IMG/VR virus record: IMGVR_UViG_3300045971_000409
Location: 1 to 64,000 of that record
DNA length: 64,000 nt
From: a virus
Reading direction: 5' to 3' (one strand)
The position numbers were made by a program, and so were the translations under genes. The notes beneath the pieces were generated by a model that was given only the letters and a program-made list of their open reading frames with translations, was not told the origin of the DNA and searched no databases. Positions 29,594 through 39,307 of the stretch are shown here, piece after piece (the first letter of the stretch is position 1; every line of letters begins with the position of its first letter).

Positions 29594-30841
29594 ATGGATT
29601 TAAAGTTGGCCATTAATGCCCGTATCCCGCTTATATCGGTGGAAACCACGGACACCATCAACATCCTGGAGGTACTGACCCACTACGCAGGTATGCCCAT
29701 CACAGAATACCCACTGAAAGGAGAAATTATGGCGGGAAACCTACTCGCCATAACCAAGAAGGAGGGAAATAAGATAGGGTCTATATTCTACTCCTACAAC
29801 CCCATCTCGGGGGCCATCCCCAAACTGTACACTCGCCTGTCTGAATATGCCCAGAGTATTATTTTCATCAATGTTGAGGATCAGGAGGGCAGTTTTGCAG
29901 TCGGCATGGTGTTTCCCGACTATGACCTCGTGAAGTCCAATTTGGCCCCGCATCTACCCGCCACTCAAGTTGAAGAATTTACCCCCTACCTAGTGGGGCA
30001 CACTCTCAAGGAGATAACGGAAATTATCCGTATCCTCATGGAGATAAAAGGTACCAATGCCACACTGACTGATCTGCTTGCCGTCAAGAAAATGCTCTCT
30101 CCCCCCGTGAGAGGGGCCACAATGGTTAATACTACTCTCCCATACAACCACCCCAATACGGCACTGGAATTGTGGCTCCAAACTGATGGTCCTATATTCC
30201 TACACTGTAGAGAGACTCGTCTGCGGCCGCGTGGATTATTATTTTACGGCACTCCAGGGACGGGTAAGACTCAGGGGGCCAAGTACCTGGCCACCCAACT
30301 GGGCCTGCCACTCTACGCCCTAGAGGTGGGAGACTCCCTGGGAAAGTATGTTGGTGAATCAGAGGGTATGTTTGCAAAGGCTCTTCGGCATATCGACGCA
30401 GAGGAACCCTGTGTGGTCCTGCTGGATGAGGTAGAAAAGATATTCAAAGTGGGGGATGATTCCACCGGGGCAGTACAGCGCATCCTCTCCCGTCTACTCT
30501 GGTGGCTGCAAGAGAGAACGTCCAAGACTCTGGTAATCATGACTACCAACCTCTTGGAGGCCCTGCCCACTGAGCTATATCGCCCCGGTCGTATTGATTA
30601 CACCATGCGTTTCGAGGGTCTGCATTTACCAGAAGGGCTAGATTTAGTAACTGGATTGATTAATTCGTTCCCACATTTGGGAGAATTGGTACCATCCTTG
30701 CATAACTTTACGATAAATGTTCATGGTCATGTGACGCAGTTTCTTTACAAATCGGGAGGCAGAGCCACTCCGTCGGACATAACGCAACTGGTTTTCAAGT
30801 ACATCAAACTAGAGTACCTGAAAGCTATACCAAAAGAATAG
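29594..30841 (+). CDS. AAA+ ATPase
   Basis: Walker A GTPGTGKT, 'GKYVGESE', Walker B VVLLDEVEK, SRH 'TTN..LPTELYRPGRID'. Confidence 0.9.
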   Translation: MDLKLAINARIPLISVETTDTINILEVLTHYAGMPITEYPLKGEIMAGNLLAITKKEGNKIGSIFYSYNPISGAIPKLYTRLSEYAQSIIFINVEDQEGSFAVGMVFPDYDLVKSNLAPHLPATQVEEFTPYLVGHTLKEITEIIRILMEIKGTNATLTDLLAVKKMLSPPVRGATMVNTTLPYNHPNTALELWLQTDGPIFLHCRETRLRPRGLLFYGTPGTGKTQGAKYLATQLGLPLYALEVGDSLGKYVGESEGMFAKALRHIDAEEPCVVLLDEVEKIFKVGDDSTGAVQRILSRLLWWLQERTSKTLVIMTTNLLEALPTELYRPGRIDYTMRFEGLHLPEGLDLVTGLINSFPHLGELVPSLHNFTINVHGHVTQFLYKSGGRATPSDITQLVFKYIKLEYLKAIPKE

Positions 30842-30879
30842 TCAATAATTACAGTAGGTTATATACCTAAAGAATAATC

Positions 30880-30908
30880 TTGACAAAACTTTCTACTTAT
30901 TATATACT
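30880..30908 (+). promoter_or_regulatory. Sigma70-like promoter
   Basis: TTGACA-17-TATACT. Confidence 0.85.
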
Positions 30909-30967
30909 CTTTCTATCAATTCAACCAACCGGTAACCCCAACCGGCAACCACGCAAGGAGGCAACAA

Positions 30968-31684
30968 ATGGAAGACGAAGATTTGAGCTACGGAACCAAG
31001 GAGACCGAGGTAGACAACCCCAACATCATCCCCGTGGAGAGCAAGGACCTGACCATCGCGGGCAACGCGGACTGTCTGCCCCAGGCCGTCATGTTCAACA
31101 ACACCAAGGGCAATCGGGAACAGTTGGCCGTACCTGCCGACTTCCCCTACCCAGCGCTGTTCATCAACGGTACCTACGAGCCCCAGAGTTATCTGGTACT
31201 GGGTGACATTGCCAACCGAGCGTTTCGAGTTGCGATCCGTCCCCTGTACTCGTACTACCAGTCAGAATTCCGGGTCCGTATCGTGCCTATCTACGAGGGT
31301 GCGGACGTTTTGAATGTCCCGGAAGAATTCCCTCGGCTGCCTTTTGTGGGCAAGAAATCCAGTCATGTGCGTATCTCCAAAGTATTCACCGATGAGGTCG
31401 ATACTAAGGGGGTTCGTAAGGATGAAAGTATGGAGCGCACCTTGACTCGATTCTTCTCCGACTCCCACATAGCCACCATCGAAAAGCTCTACTCCTGCTT
31501 CGGTAACACCGAATGGATAGTACCTCTGGATGGTCTGTACGCCTACCTCCAGACTTATGTGGCTCAGAATTGCGTGGACCATTTCAAACAGAGTCACGCG
31601 GGGAAAAACGATGAAACCCCGATGGTCTCCGATGAACCTGAATTTGCGGATAATGGACAAGGGCCTGATGACGATGAGTACTAA
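30968..31684 (+). CDS. Hypothetical protein
   Basis: AAGGAGG RBS; ORF track. Confidence 0.7.
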   Translation: MEDEDLSYGTKETEVDNPNIIPVESKDLTIAGNADCLPQAVMFNNTKGNREQLAVPADFPYPALFINGTYEPQSYLVLGDIANRAFRVAIRPLYSYYQSEFRVRIVPIYEGADVLNVPEEFPRLPFVGKKSSHVRISKVFTDEVDTKGVRKDESMERTLTRFFSDSHIATIEKLYSCFGNTEWIVPLDGLYAYLQTYVAQNCVDHFKQSHAGKNDETPMVSDEPEFADNGQGPDDDEY

Positions 31685-32210
31685 AACCAACCGCCTGGTA
31701 GGCACTGATGGAGCCCCGGACTACCTCATTATCCATGCGTGTAATGGGCTGGCCCTGGGCGTGAAACCCCTCCTGCTCCCCGTGGTAGGAGATGAACAGG
31801 CAAAAGTACTAGGGATACGGGTTCGCGTAGCCCGAGACCCCAACAGTGCTATCGCCGTCACCAATGTCCAAGCCTGCGCGGCCATAAACTACGAGATAGG
31901 ATTCTCCAAGCGCGATGCCAATCGGTGCAGTCTCAATCTCACCGCCATGATTCCTGATCTGAGTATGGCCACGCTGGAAGACTTCAAGACTCAAGTAGTA
32001 GCCGGTATTCAGGGGGCCATAACCAAGACCCTGGCCAGTTACATAGAGAGTCCTGGAGCCACCGTGGGACTGGATGAAATACAGAAATTTGTTGAAGAGA
32101 CTCTGTGTGCCGAGTTCCTGAGTGTCTACCCGGACCACAAACCCCAAGCCAAAGAAGCCATTACTGGTAAGGAGGGCAAGGTAATACAGGTCAACTTCGG
32201 CAAGAAATAA
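31674..32210 (+). CDS. Hypothetical protein
   Basis: Overlaps the upstream stop; start chosen at 'MSTKTN'. Confidence 0.6.
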   Translation: MSTKTNRLVGTDGAPDYLIIHACNGLALGVKPLLLPVVGDEQAKVLGIRVRVARDPNSAIAVTNVQACAAINYEIGFSKRDANRCSLNLTAMIPDLSMATLEDFKTQVVAGIQGAITKTLASYIESPGATVGLDEIQKFVEETLCAEFLSVYPDHKPQAKEAITGKEGKVIQVNFGKK

Positions 32211-32280
32211 TCACCGACCCATTGTGATTTTACCCCCCCCCTGGCCCATGTCAGGGGGGCATTTCCGTAAGGAGATTTTT

Positions 32281-32535
32281 ATGGCTCACGATATACACCA
32301 CCAGATAACTGCAATGACCGGGCTCACAGTTTACGAAAAATTAGTACTCTGGTCCCTGGCGGACCACTACAACAAGAAGACAAAAAAATGCTGTCCCTCG
32401 TGGGAAACAATCATAGCTGAAACAAGTACGAGTAGTTCATCAGTACACAGAGCTATGGTATCGTTAAAGAAAAAAGGATTGATAGAATCCCTACGGAGTA
32501 AAAATGCAGCACAGTATAACCTTCTCTTTATCTGA
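32281..32535 (+). CDS. Small winged-HTH protein (paralogue of the initiator N-terminus)
   Basis: TAAGGAG RBS; 'EKLVLWSLADHYN....CCPSWETI..ETSTSSSSVHRAM..L..KGLI'. Confidence 0.8.
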   Translation: MAHDIHHQITAMTGLTVYEKLVLWSLADHYNKKTKKCCPSWETIIAETSTSSSSVHRAMVSLKKKGLIESLRSKNAAQYNLLFI

Positions 32536-32564
32536 CACCTCGTAACCACAGTGAGGGACTTTTT

Positions 32565-33599
32565 ATGGCTTTTGACCACCACAAGCAGATACAAAAACTG
32601 GTAGAACTCAGCAGTAAGGAAAGCCTAGTTTTGAGAGTACTGGCCGACCACGCTAACCATCACACAAAAAAATGCTGCCCCACATGGGAAACCATAACCA
32701 GAGAAAGTGGATTAAGTAGGGCCTCGGTGCATAGGGCTTTGGTTCTTTTGCGAGATAAAGGATACGTGACCCCCACCAAATCAGACCGCAAAGTCCAATA
32801 CAATCTGGAACTGACAAACCCAAAACCACCCCAAGTAGCCATCGAATTGAAAGTAGCAGCAGTAGAGCAACGTCTCATCGGGGGAGTTTCCAAGGGCGCA
32901 GTCACGTCTCAGCTTGAGACCTGTCGCGTCTCACCGGGGGAGTTACCTATACTTAACCTAAAAGATAATAAAAAAGAAATTCTTGGCAAACAAGTTTGCA
33001 GTTCGCAAGCTCACAAAAAATCAGAGGAGAAAATTATGAAATTTCCAGAAGGTACTTCATCCTCTGATGTATTAGGGCTAGTAGAAAAATTGAAAAACCA
33101 GAAGAAAAAGAAAACCAGTCAAGTGGGAGAAATACACACCCCCCTGAATTTTTCTCTGGCCAAGGCAGATTTACTTTGGCGGAATCATATTCCGAAAATC
33201 TATCCGCAGATAACCATGGTCTGCCTGACGGTGAAACAAAAGGGGCAACTCAAGTATCTGTTGACTCTGTTCACTCAAGGGCATTTGGAGGAGGACTATG
33301 CCCTCACCACGATAATCGAAAAATGGGTGGAGTTTTGTATCTACCTCAAGGGGCACTTCAACGTGTTCTATTCTCCCGCCCTACCTGACATGGGATTCCT
33401 GTTGAAGAATGGGGCCAATGCTGTCAACTTCATAATTCAGTACCAAAATGCCACCGTAGCTCCAGTGCAATTAATTGCACAAAAACCATTCAAGGTTACT
33501 ATGAAGGAAATCATACCCATAACATTGCCACCCGCAGAAGATTCTGTTACTCTGGAAGATATCTTTAAGTGGGAGAAACTGCAAAGTAAGGCGGGCTAG
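32565..33599 (+). CDS. Putative replication initiator (N-terminal wHTH)
   Basis: 'LVLRVLADHAN....CCPTWETI.RESGLSRASVHRAL..L.DKGYV'; followed by DnaC-like and DnaB genes. Confidence 0.75.
   Translation: MAFDHHKQIQKLVELSSKESLVLRVLADHANHHTKKCCPTWETITRESGLSRASVHRALVLLRDKGYVTPTKSDRKVQYNLELTNPKPPQVAIELKVAAVEQRLIGGVSKGAVTSQLETCRVSPGELPILNLKDNKKEILGKQVCSSQAHKKSEEKIMKFPEGTSSSDVLGLVEKLKNQKKKKTSQVGEIHTPLNFSLAKADLLWRNHIPKIYPQITMVCLTVKQKGQLKYLLTLFTQGHLEEDYALTTIIEKWVEFCIYLKGHFNVFYSPALPDMGFLLKNGANAVNFIIQYQNATVAPVQLIAQKPFKVTMKEIIPITLPPAEDSVTLEDIFKWEKLQSKAG
32871..32983. repeat. Iteron-like repeats plus an A-rich tract (putative origin)
   Basis: CGTCTCAYCGGGGGAGTT at 32871 and 32927; CGTCTCAGCTTGAGAC at 32905; AT-rich run follows. 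Confidence 0.55.
33466..33480 (+). repeat. Dispersed motif, copy 6 (in the initiator gene)
   Basis: gTGCAATTAATTGCAC. Confidence 0.9.
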
Positions 33600-33611
33600 A
33601 AGGAGGGCACT

Positions 33612-34208
33612 ATGAAAGTTTTAACCGAGATAGAAAAGCATGTAATCCACTACCCACAGTATTACGTGCCGGGGGGTATACTCCAGCCGGAAACTCATTA
33701 TCGACTGGCGGTAGATATCCCACGCTTTGCTCAGAGAGCCCGTATTCTACCCAAGTTCATTTACACGTCCATGGTGTCGATTTGTGGTCAGGATGAGGTA
33801 GCATGGTTCAAGAGCATGAACACGCACGTTGACTCTGGTATTGCTGGTCTCATGTTTACGGGACTTATTCCGCACGTAGAGGACCGGATGCAAGCCATTG
33901 CTGGGGCGTGTATCCGTAACTTCATTGACGCTAGGGTTTACACCCTACAGGAGGTAATTGAGGACCAGAAGGAGGGCTCAGTGCCTGATTGTAAGGTGCT
34001 ACTCATTCCCAATTTTTACCTGAACACGGAAAGTGGGTCCAAAATAGCCGCATGGCAGTCTACTAGCCTGTTGGGATTATTGTACACTCGGTATCAGCGG
34101 GGATGCCAGACGGTAATATACGTAGAAAATATGACCTCTATGGCCAAGAGCTATGGAGGGGCCTTTAAAGCTCACTTCGACGAGCATTACACCTGTATCT
34201 CGGGTTAA
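33612..34208 (+). CDS. Degenerate DnaC/IstB-like helicase loader
   Basis: Between initiator and DnaB; 'GLMFTG', 'VLLIPNF', 'LLYTRYQRGCQTVI' follow the DnaC layout but lack the Walker residues. Confidence 0.55.
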   Translation: MKVLTEIEKHVIHYPQYYVPGGILQPETHYRLAVDIPRFAQRARILPKFIYTSMVSICGQDEVAWFKSMNTHVDSGIAGLMFTGLIPHVEDRMQAIAGACIRNFIDARVYTLQEVIEDQKEGSVPDCKVLLIPNFYLNTESGSKIAAWQSTSLLGLLYTRYQRGCQTVIYVENMTSMAKSYGGAFKAHFDEHYTCISG

Positions 34209-34218
34209 GGGGTGGTTT

Positions 34219-35472
34219 ATGATTTTGGAATTCTACTCGGCTGTGCTACAAGAGAACAAGATAAACGCCTACTTCAATTTACACCTGCTACCCGCTTATT
34301 TTCGCCAGTCTGAGACACCGCTATTCCAGTTTTTCAATGGACATTGTCAGCAGTATGGTTCTCTACCCTCCATCAATCTGGTAAACGAGTTTTTGGCGGG
34401 AACCACCGGAGACTTCCTACCTCCACCTGAAAACTGCCCGGAGTTTTATCGGGACCAACTTCGTAATCGTTTTATAGTGGATAGCCTCAAGGAAATAGCT
34501 CAAGAGACCAAACAGAGTCTCGCCACCAAGGACCCTGAGGCAGTACTCGCTACCCACTCTGACCGTATCATCAACCTGCACCTGGAAGCCAGTGGTACCA
34601 CCATCATCGACTTTCGAGACGCGGCGGACCACATCGTAAAGGAGTACAAATCAAAATTATTGCAGGGGAGCAATTACGGCATCAATATGGGTTGGCCCTA
34701 TCTGGATGATATGTGTGGGGGACTACAACCGGGCGACGTGGTATCCTATCTAGGACGTCCAGCCGCAGGCAAGACCTTTATGATGCTCTATTCGGCCCAC
34801 CACGCATGGTACAATCAAGGAAAACGTACCTTGTTGATATCCATGGAGATGAAACCCATCATCCTGGAGCAGCGGGTAGCAGCCATGCACACCCACTATA
34901 ATCTGACCAAGCTGAAAAATGCGGCCATGTCTACCTCGGCCTTCAACAAGGTCGTCAAAGAGCTAACCCTCCTGAAAGGACACCCCGAACCACTATATAT
35001 TGTGGATGGAAACCTGACTGCCACTATTGAGGACATTTGGCGGCTGTGTCGGCAACTCAAACCAGAAGTAGTTTACATTGATGGGGCTTATCTGGTACGC
35101 ACCAAAGATAAAATGAGTCGCTGGGACAAGATAGCCTACGTAGCAGAAAATCTCAAAGCGGCCATTGCCGGGGATATCGGTACCCCCTGCGTGGCCAGTT
35201 ATCAGTTTGGTCGGGACGTGGTAAAAAAGGCCAAGAAAAATGAGGAGCCAGGACTCGAAGATATTTTCGGCGGAGATGCGGTAGGACAGGTATCTTCGGT
35301 AGTCATTGGCTTCCTGGAGGATGATTCAGTCGAGACCCTAATACGACGGCGGGCGGATATCCTCAAGGGTAGAAGTGGGGAAGTAGGTCGCTTCTACATA
35401 AAGTGGCGGTTCGATTCTATGGATTTCGGCCAGTGGACAGAAGAGAAGCTGGAATCACTCCAATTTGTGTAG
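34219..35472 (+). CDS. dnaB: Replicative helicase, DnaB-like
   Basis: 'GRPAAGKT', 'ISMEM', 'VYIDGAY', 'SYQFGR', 'KGRSGE'. Confidence 0.92.
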   Translation: MILEFYSAVLQENKINAYFNLHLLPAYFRQSETPLFQFFNGHCQQYGSLPSINLVNEFLAGTTGDFLPPPENCPEFYRDQLRNRFIVDSLKEIAQETKQSLATKDPEAVLATHSDRIINLHLEASGTTIIDFRDAADHIVKEYKSKLLQGSNYGINMGWPYLDDMCGGLQPGDVVSYLGRPAAGKTFMMLYSAHHAWYNQGKRTLLISMEMKPIILEQRVAAMHTHYNLTKLKNAAMSTSAFNKVVKELTLLKGHPEPLYIVDGNLTATIEDIWRLCRQLKPEVVYIDGAYLVRTKDKMSRWDKIAYVAENLKAAIAGDIGTPCVASYQFGRDVVKKAKKNEEPGLEDIFGGDAVGQVSSVVIGFLEDDSVETLIRRRADILKGRSGEVGRFYIKWRFDSMDFGQWTEEKLESLQFV

Positions 35473-35494
35473 CATCGGTACTCAAAGGTTTTTC

Positions 35495-35523
35495 TTGACA
35501 AAACTTTCAACCTATTATATACT
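35495..35523 (+). promoter_or_regulatory. Sigma70-like promoter
   Basis: TTGACA-17-TATACT. Confidence 0.85.
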
Positions 35524-35564
35524 CTTTCCATAAACAACCAACCACCCCACGGAGGTACAACATC

Positions 35565-36068
35565 ATGGCAGTCACCAAAGTCGTCGTCAAAACGGGAGTC
35601 AAAGCGGCCACCAAGAACGTGGAAGCGGAGCAGGTAGCCCAGGCCGCCAAGCAGCAGGAAGACCTGACTCTCATGCGCCAGAGCATCGAGGTCTACGGGA
35701 CCCTCATGGATGAGGTAGCCAAGATTAAGCCCACCATGGATAAAGCGGATATCGTAAAAAAAGAATTACTGGCTTTCGCGGACGAATTATTTGACCCCGC
35801 GGATAAGCCCACGGTTACATCCGACCACTACGTTCTCTCCATCGGCCAGAAGGGTAATATGTCGGAACTGGTACCCAACGGGGCAGCCATGGTTCTGGAG
35901 AAATTGCAGAAGCAGCATGACCCCAAGGAAGGTCTCGCCATCTTCCTGCAACTGGTCAGTATCACCATGACCGACCTCAAAAAGTATTTTACTGAGGTGG
36001 AACTGGCCTCCCTGCTCAAAACAGAGCGCAGGAAAGCTCGCACCCTTTCTGTATCGCCCAAGCTGTAA
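35565..36068 (+). CDS. Hypothetical protein
   Basis: GGAGGT RBS behind a promoter. Confidence 0.75.
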   Translation: MAVTKVVVKTGVKAATKNVEAEQVAQAAKQQEDLTLMRQSIEVYGTLMDEVAKIKPTMDKADIVKKELLAFADELFDPADKPTVTSDHYVLSIGQKGNMSELVPNGAAMVLEKLQKQHDPKEGLAIFLQLVSITMTDLKKYFTEVELASLLKTERRKARTLSVSPKL

Positions 36069-36093
36069 TCACTACCCCCCAAAGGAGAATAGT

Positions 36094-36240
36094 ATGAAGG
36101 GATCAGAGGACGTAAAAACGGTCATGTTCACCCCGCACGAGAAAAAACACACCATCACCGAACTGAAATCTGTACTGGCTGGGCTGGGCAAGGGTAACAA
36201 CCCGTATCTGGAAAAACTGTTGAAGGAACTTGAATCCTGA
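36094..36240 (+). CDS. Small hypothetical protein (48 aa), absent from the ORF track
   Basis: AAGGAG RBS; MKGSEDVKTVMFTPHEKK...LLKELES. Confidence 0.55.
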   Translation: MKGSEDVKTVMFTPHEKKHTITELKSVLAGLGKGNNPYLEKLLKELES

Positions 36241-36352
36241 TTAAGGGGTGCGCCAGTCACAACGGTAGGCGATAAATGGGGTGTGTACCACCAGCCTCTC
36301 AGATTACAACTACAGGAGTATTATCGTGTGTACTTATCGGTCAGAAGTAATA

Positions 36353-36511
36353 ATGTCCCTCATCGTTTTGCTCTTCGCGTTTCTTATGCTGTTTCTTTTG
36401 TACCATGTAAATAGGTCCCGCGTGAACATGCCAGATGCGTGTGCCGCCCGTGGCGGGATAGTTGTGCAGACCAACCACGGATATATGTGCCTGGACGTAA
36501 AACCCAAATAA
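36353..36511 (+). CDS. Small membrane-anchored protein
   Basis: N-terminal TM segment; 'C..RGG..V......C'. Confidence 0.5.
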   Translation: MSLIVLLFAFLMLFLLYHVNRSRVNMPDACAARGGIVVQTNHGYMCLDVKPK

Positions 36512-36518
36512 CCCAATT

Positions 36519-36533
36519 TGCAATTAATTGCAC
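36519..36533 (+). repeat. Dispersed motif, copy 7 (intergenic)
   Basis: TGCAATTAATTGCAC. Confidence 0.9.
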
Positions 36534-36553
36534 AAGAACTACACGGAGGTACC

Positions 36554-36868
36554 ATGGGCAGCCCAAGACCCCAAGGAAATCGGGACTATAAGACCCGAGT
36601 AGTTTACACTGACCAGCCGCGCTACTGTGCTTACACCAAATGTGGACTTTTGCTCGTTCAGCGGGAAGGGGAAAACCCCTCTCGATTTTACGGCCGAGAG
36701 ACCTGTAACCGGGTGTGCGGGCATGGTTTATCCGCGGAAAGAAAAGCAGAAGCCATGCACATCCAAAACACACCCACACCCCGAGCAGAAGTCTTATCCC
36801 TGGAATCGGCACCACAACACGTTCAAGATGCCATAGCGCGTAGACGTCAACAAGGAGCCCTTCGGTAA
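36554..36868 (+). CDS. Hypothetical Zn-binding protein
   Basis: GGAGGT RBS; 'CAYTKC...CNRVC'. Confidence 0.65.
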   Translation: MGSPRPQGNRDYKTRVVYTDQPRYCAYTKCGLLLVQREGENPSRFYGRETCNRVCGHGLSAERKAEAMHIQNTPTPRAEVLSLESAPQHVQDAIARRRQQGALR

Positions 36869-37830
36869 TGTTACTCCCGGCAGTAGAGCATCTGCTCTCT
36901 ATCCTCGGGGTTAAGGACCACGGCTTACGTCCTGGCTGGGTGACCTTCTCGTGTCCGTTTGCCTTCTGGACTCACGCGGGCAGTACGGATAGTAGTCCTT
37001 CCTTCGGCATATCCTTTGAGGCCAACAGTCGAGCACACTGTTTCTCGTGCCCCGAGACTGGCAGTGCCTTGGGTATGGTCATGCGTTTGGTTGAGTGGCA
37101 GAAGAAACAGCCCAATCCGCGGTATACCAATGAGCAACTCAAAGAGGCGGTAGAATTCGTGTCCCAAGAGGAGCCGGAGGATTCTACCTCTGAATTCGAT
37201 TTCCCGTCCTTCGATTCTCTGCAAGAAATCAATACGGTCAAACCGTTGATACCCTTCCCCGAGGATTGGCTATCATCCTTCCTCTCAGGAGCTAATCATG
37301 TCTATCGAGTCAGTAGAGGCATCTCCCTGGAAACTGCCTACCGTTTCGATATCAGGTATGACACCCTACTCAAGCGACTATGCTTCCCCCTCCGCAGTAT
37401 TACCGGAACCCTCTATGGGATGCAGGGCCGTGATGTTACTGGAAAACAGCAACCCAAGTACCATTTTTACGATTACAAGGGCATCAAGAATCCTGTGGTG
37501 TGGGGTAACGAGCAGCACGTAGACCTGTCAGAGCCACTCATCATCACCGAGGGTTTCCCGGACGCGGCCAAGATAGATACGGCTGGTTTCCGTAACGTGG
37601 TGGCCTGTCTCACGTCTAAATTCAGTCGTCACAAATACGAGCGACTCCAAGATGCCAAGAATATCATTACCTTCTTCGATTATGGTACCGGTGGGGACAC
37701 AGGCAGACTCCTGGTGGAACGCTATTGGAAGCACGCCCACGTCATGCACGTTATACCCGACGAGGAAGAAAAAGACGCGGGCAACATGAGCGTAGAAGCA
37801 ATACAGGAGGTACTACATGGACTCGTCTGA
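36868..37830 (+). CDS. DNA primase (Zn finger + TOPRIM)
   Basis: 'CPF..H...SPSF...CFSC'; TOPRIM 'IITEGFPDA', 'FFDYGTGG', 'KDAG'. Confidence 0.88.
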   Translation: MLLPAVEHLLSILGVKDHGLRPGWVTFSCPFAFWTHAGSTDSSPSFGISFEANSRAHCFSCPETGSALGMVMRLVEWQKKQPNPRYTNEQLKEAVEFVSQEEPEDSTSEFDFPSFDSLQEINTVKPLIPFPEDWLSSFLSGANHVYRVSRGISLETAYRFDIRYDTLLKRLCFPLRSITGTLYGMQGRDVTGKQQPKYHFYDYKGIKNPVVWGNEQHVDLSEPLIITEGFPDAAKIDTAGFRNVVACLTSKFSRHKYERLQDAKNIITFFDYGTGGDTGRLLVERYWKHAHVMHVIPDEEEKDAGNMSVEAIQEVLHGLV

Positions 37831-38122
37831 TTGGATACCTGTTACCCAGAAATTCCCCGAGAGTGGTAAAAAAGTAATCGCCTATTACGAAAATGAACTA
37901 GGGAAGCCTCGTCGTATCATGGCGTACTACGCGGCCAAGTACGATGTAGAATCTGACATGGGGGACCAAACCGACGTATACGAGTATTGCGAAGAAAAAG
38001 ACCTGTATTTTTTGGTTCCTGGGTGGTACGAGAATAACGAGTTCGATGAGGTAAATTACGCGGTCACAGCGGAGATAACTCACTGGATGAGTCTACCCCC
38101 ACCGCCCAAAAAAAGAACCTAA
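37817..38122 (+). CDS. DUF551-like phage protein
   Basis: 'WIPVTQKFPE'...'ITHWMSLPPPP'. Confidence 0.8.
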   Translation: MDSSDWIPVTQKFPESGKKVIAYYENELGKPRRIMAYYAAKYDVESDMGDQTDVYEYCEEKDLYFLVPGWYENNEFDEVNYAVTAEITHWMSLPPPPKKRT

Positions 38123-38131
38123 AGATATATC

Positions 38132-38160
38132 TTGACAAAACTTTCAGGCTATATTATACT
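38132..38160 (+). promoter_or_regulatory. Sigma70-like promoter
   Basis: TTGACA-17-TATACT. Confidence 0.85.
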
Positions 38161-38216
38161 TTTACCATCACCACCCCCCATAGGGGACAAACGCCCATCG
38201 GGCAATGGAGGCCATC

Positions 38217-39002
38217 ATGGCACTAATTAAGACCATCGGTAGTAAGGCAATCACACCAGCAACACCGGCAGAGACCAAGAAGTTCGCACCATCCGCCCCG
38301 CCCACAGGTATCCCCAAGTGGGGAGTAACTGGCAAGGCGGCCCAAGCTAAAATGGCCGAAGAGCAGGCCAAGTTCGACAAGAAGACAGAAGAAATGAAGC
38401 GCATGTGGCGTTTCTGGATGAATGGGGGGGAATCAGGGCAGATCACCTTCCTCGACGGCATGCTGGATGAGTTTGGTGTCCTCCAGGGCCTCACGTTCTA
38501 CGAGCACAATCTCAAACTCAACGGCAAGTGGGGCAACTACTTCATTTGCATCGGGGAGTGGGAGCCCTGCCCGATTTGCGAGGGCGGCGACGAATCTCGA
38601 CTGGTCACGGCTTTCACTATCATCGACCACCGCGAGTACAAGGGCAAAAAGGCTGTCTACAAGGATACCCGCAAGCTCTACGTCTGCAAAAAAGGTACTC
38701 TGGAAATCCTCCAGAAGCGGGCCTCCAAACAAGGAGCCACTGGTCTCGCGGGATGCACGTTCGACCTTACCCGTACCAGTGCTGATGAGGTCAATGTCGG
38801 CAATGATATCGAGTTCGTGGTCAAGCGGTCCAAGGACGAGCTTATCAAAGCCTACCCGTCCCTCAAGGATGAAATGATGCCCGCGGACTACAATGCTGAA
38901 ATCCCGTATCACAACCGGGAAGAATTACTGGCCCTGGGCTTCGGTACCACTGGCCACGTAATCGGCAAAGAGACCTCGGCTCCGGGTAACTACAACTTCT
39001 AA
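38217..39002 (+). CDS. Putative single-stranded DNA-binding protein (gp32-like)
   Basis: 'RFWM...ITFLD', 'EH...C....CPIC' Zn motif, 'FDLTRT'; replication context. Confidence 0.55.
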   Translation: MALIKTIGSKAITPATPAETKKFAPSAPPTGIPKWGVTGKAAQAKMAEEQAKFDKKTEEMKRMWRFWMNGGESGQITFLDGMLDEFGVLQGLTFYEHNLKLNGKWGNYFICIGEWEPCPICEGGDESRLVTAFTIIDHREYKGKKAVYKDTRKLYVCKKGTLEILQKRASKQGATGLAGCTFDLTRTSADEVNVGNDIEFVVKRSKDELIKAYPSLKDEMMPADYNAEIPYHNREELLALGFGTTGHVIGKETSAPGNYNF

Positions 39003-39085
39003 CCGACAAGGCGGGTCTGCTTTTGCAGCCCCCATAGAAGGGGACTTGGCCCCTTGCCCGCCTCGTTGTATTACATGGAGGTACC

Positions 39086-39307
39086 ATGCTCAACGATACT
39101 TGCGTGCTTTACAAGGTAGGAGATACCCCCTACGTGGGACCGGATGCAGACTCAGGACCGGGCTACCCTATTGGAACTCAGGTGCGGATTATAGAAGTGT
39201 ATCCCGAGGATAACCACTATCAGGTAGAGCCGGTTGACCCCGAGCTTCACCGACTGTACCGACACTGGTACTATGCAGATTATGAACTGCGTACGGAGAT
39301 ACCATGA
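39086..39307 (+). CDS. Hypothetical protein (SH3-like?)
   Basis: GGAGGT RBS; 'YKVGD...GTQVRIIEV...YQVE'. Confidence 0.6.
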   Translation: MLNDTCVLYKVGDTPYVGPDADSGPGYPIGTQVRIIEVYPEDNHYQVEPVDPELHRLYRHWYYADYELRTEIP

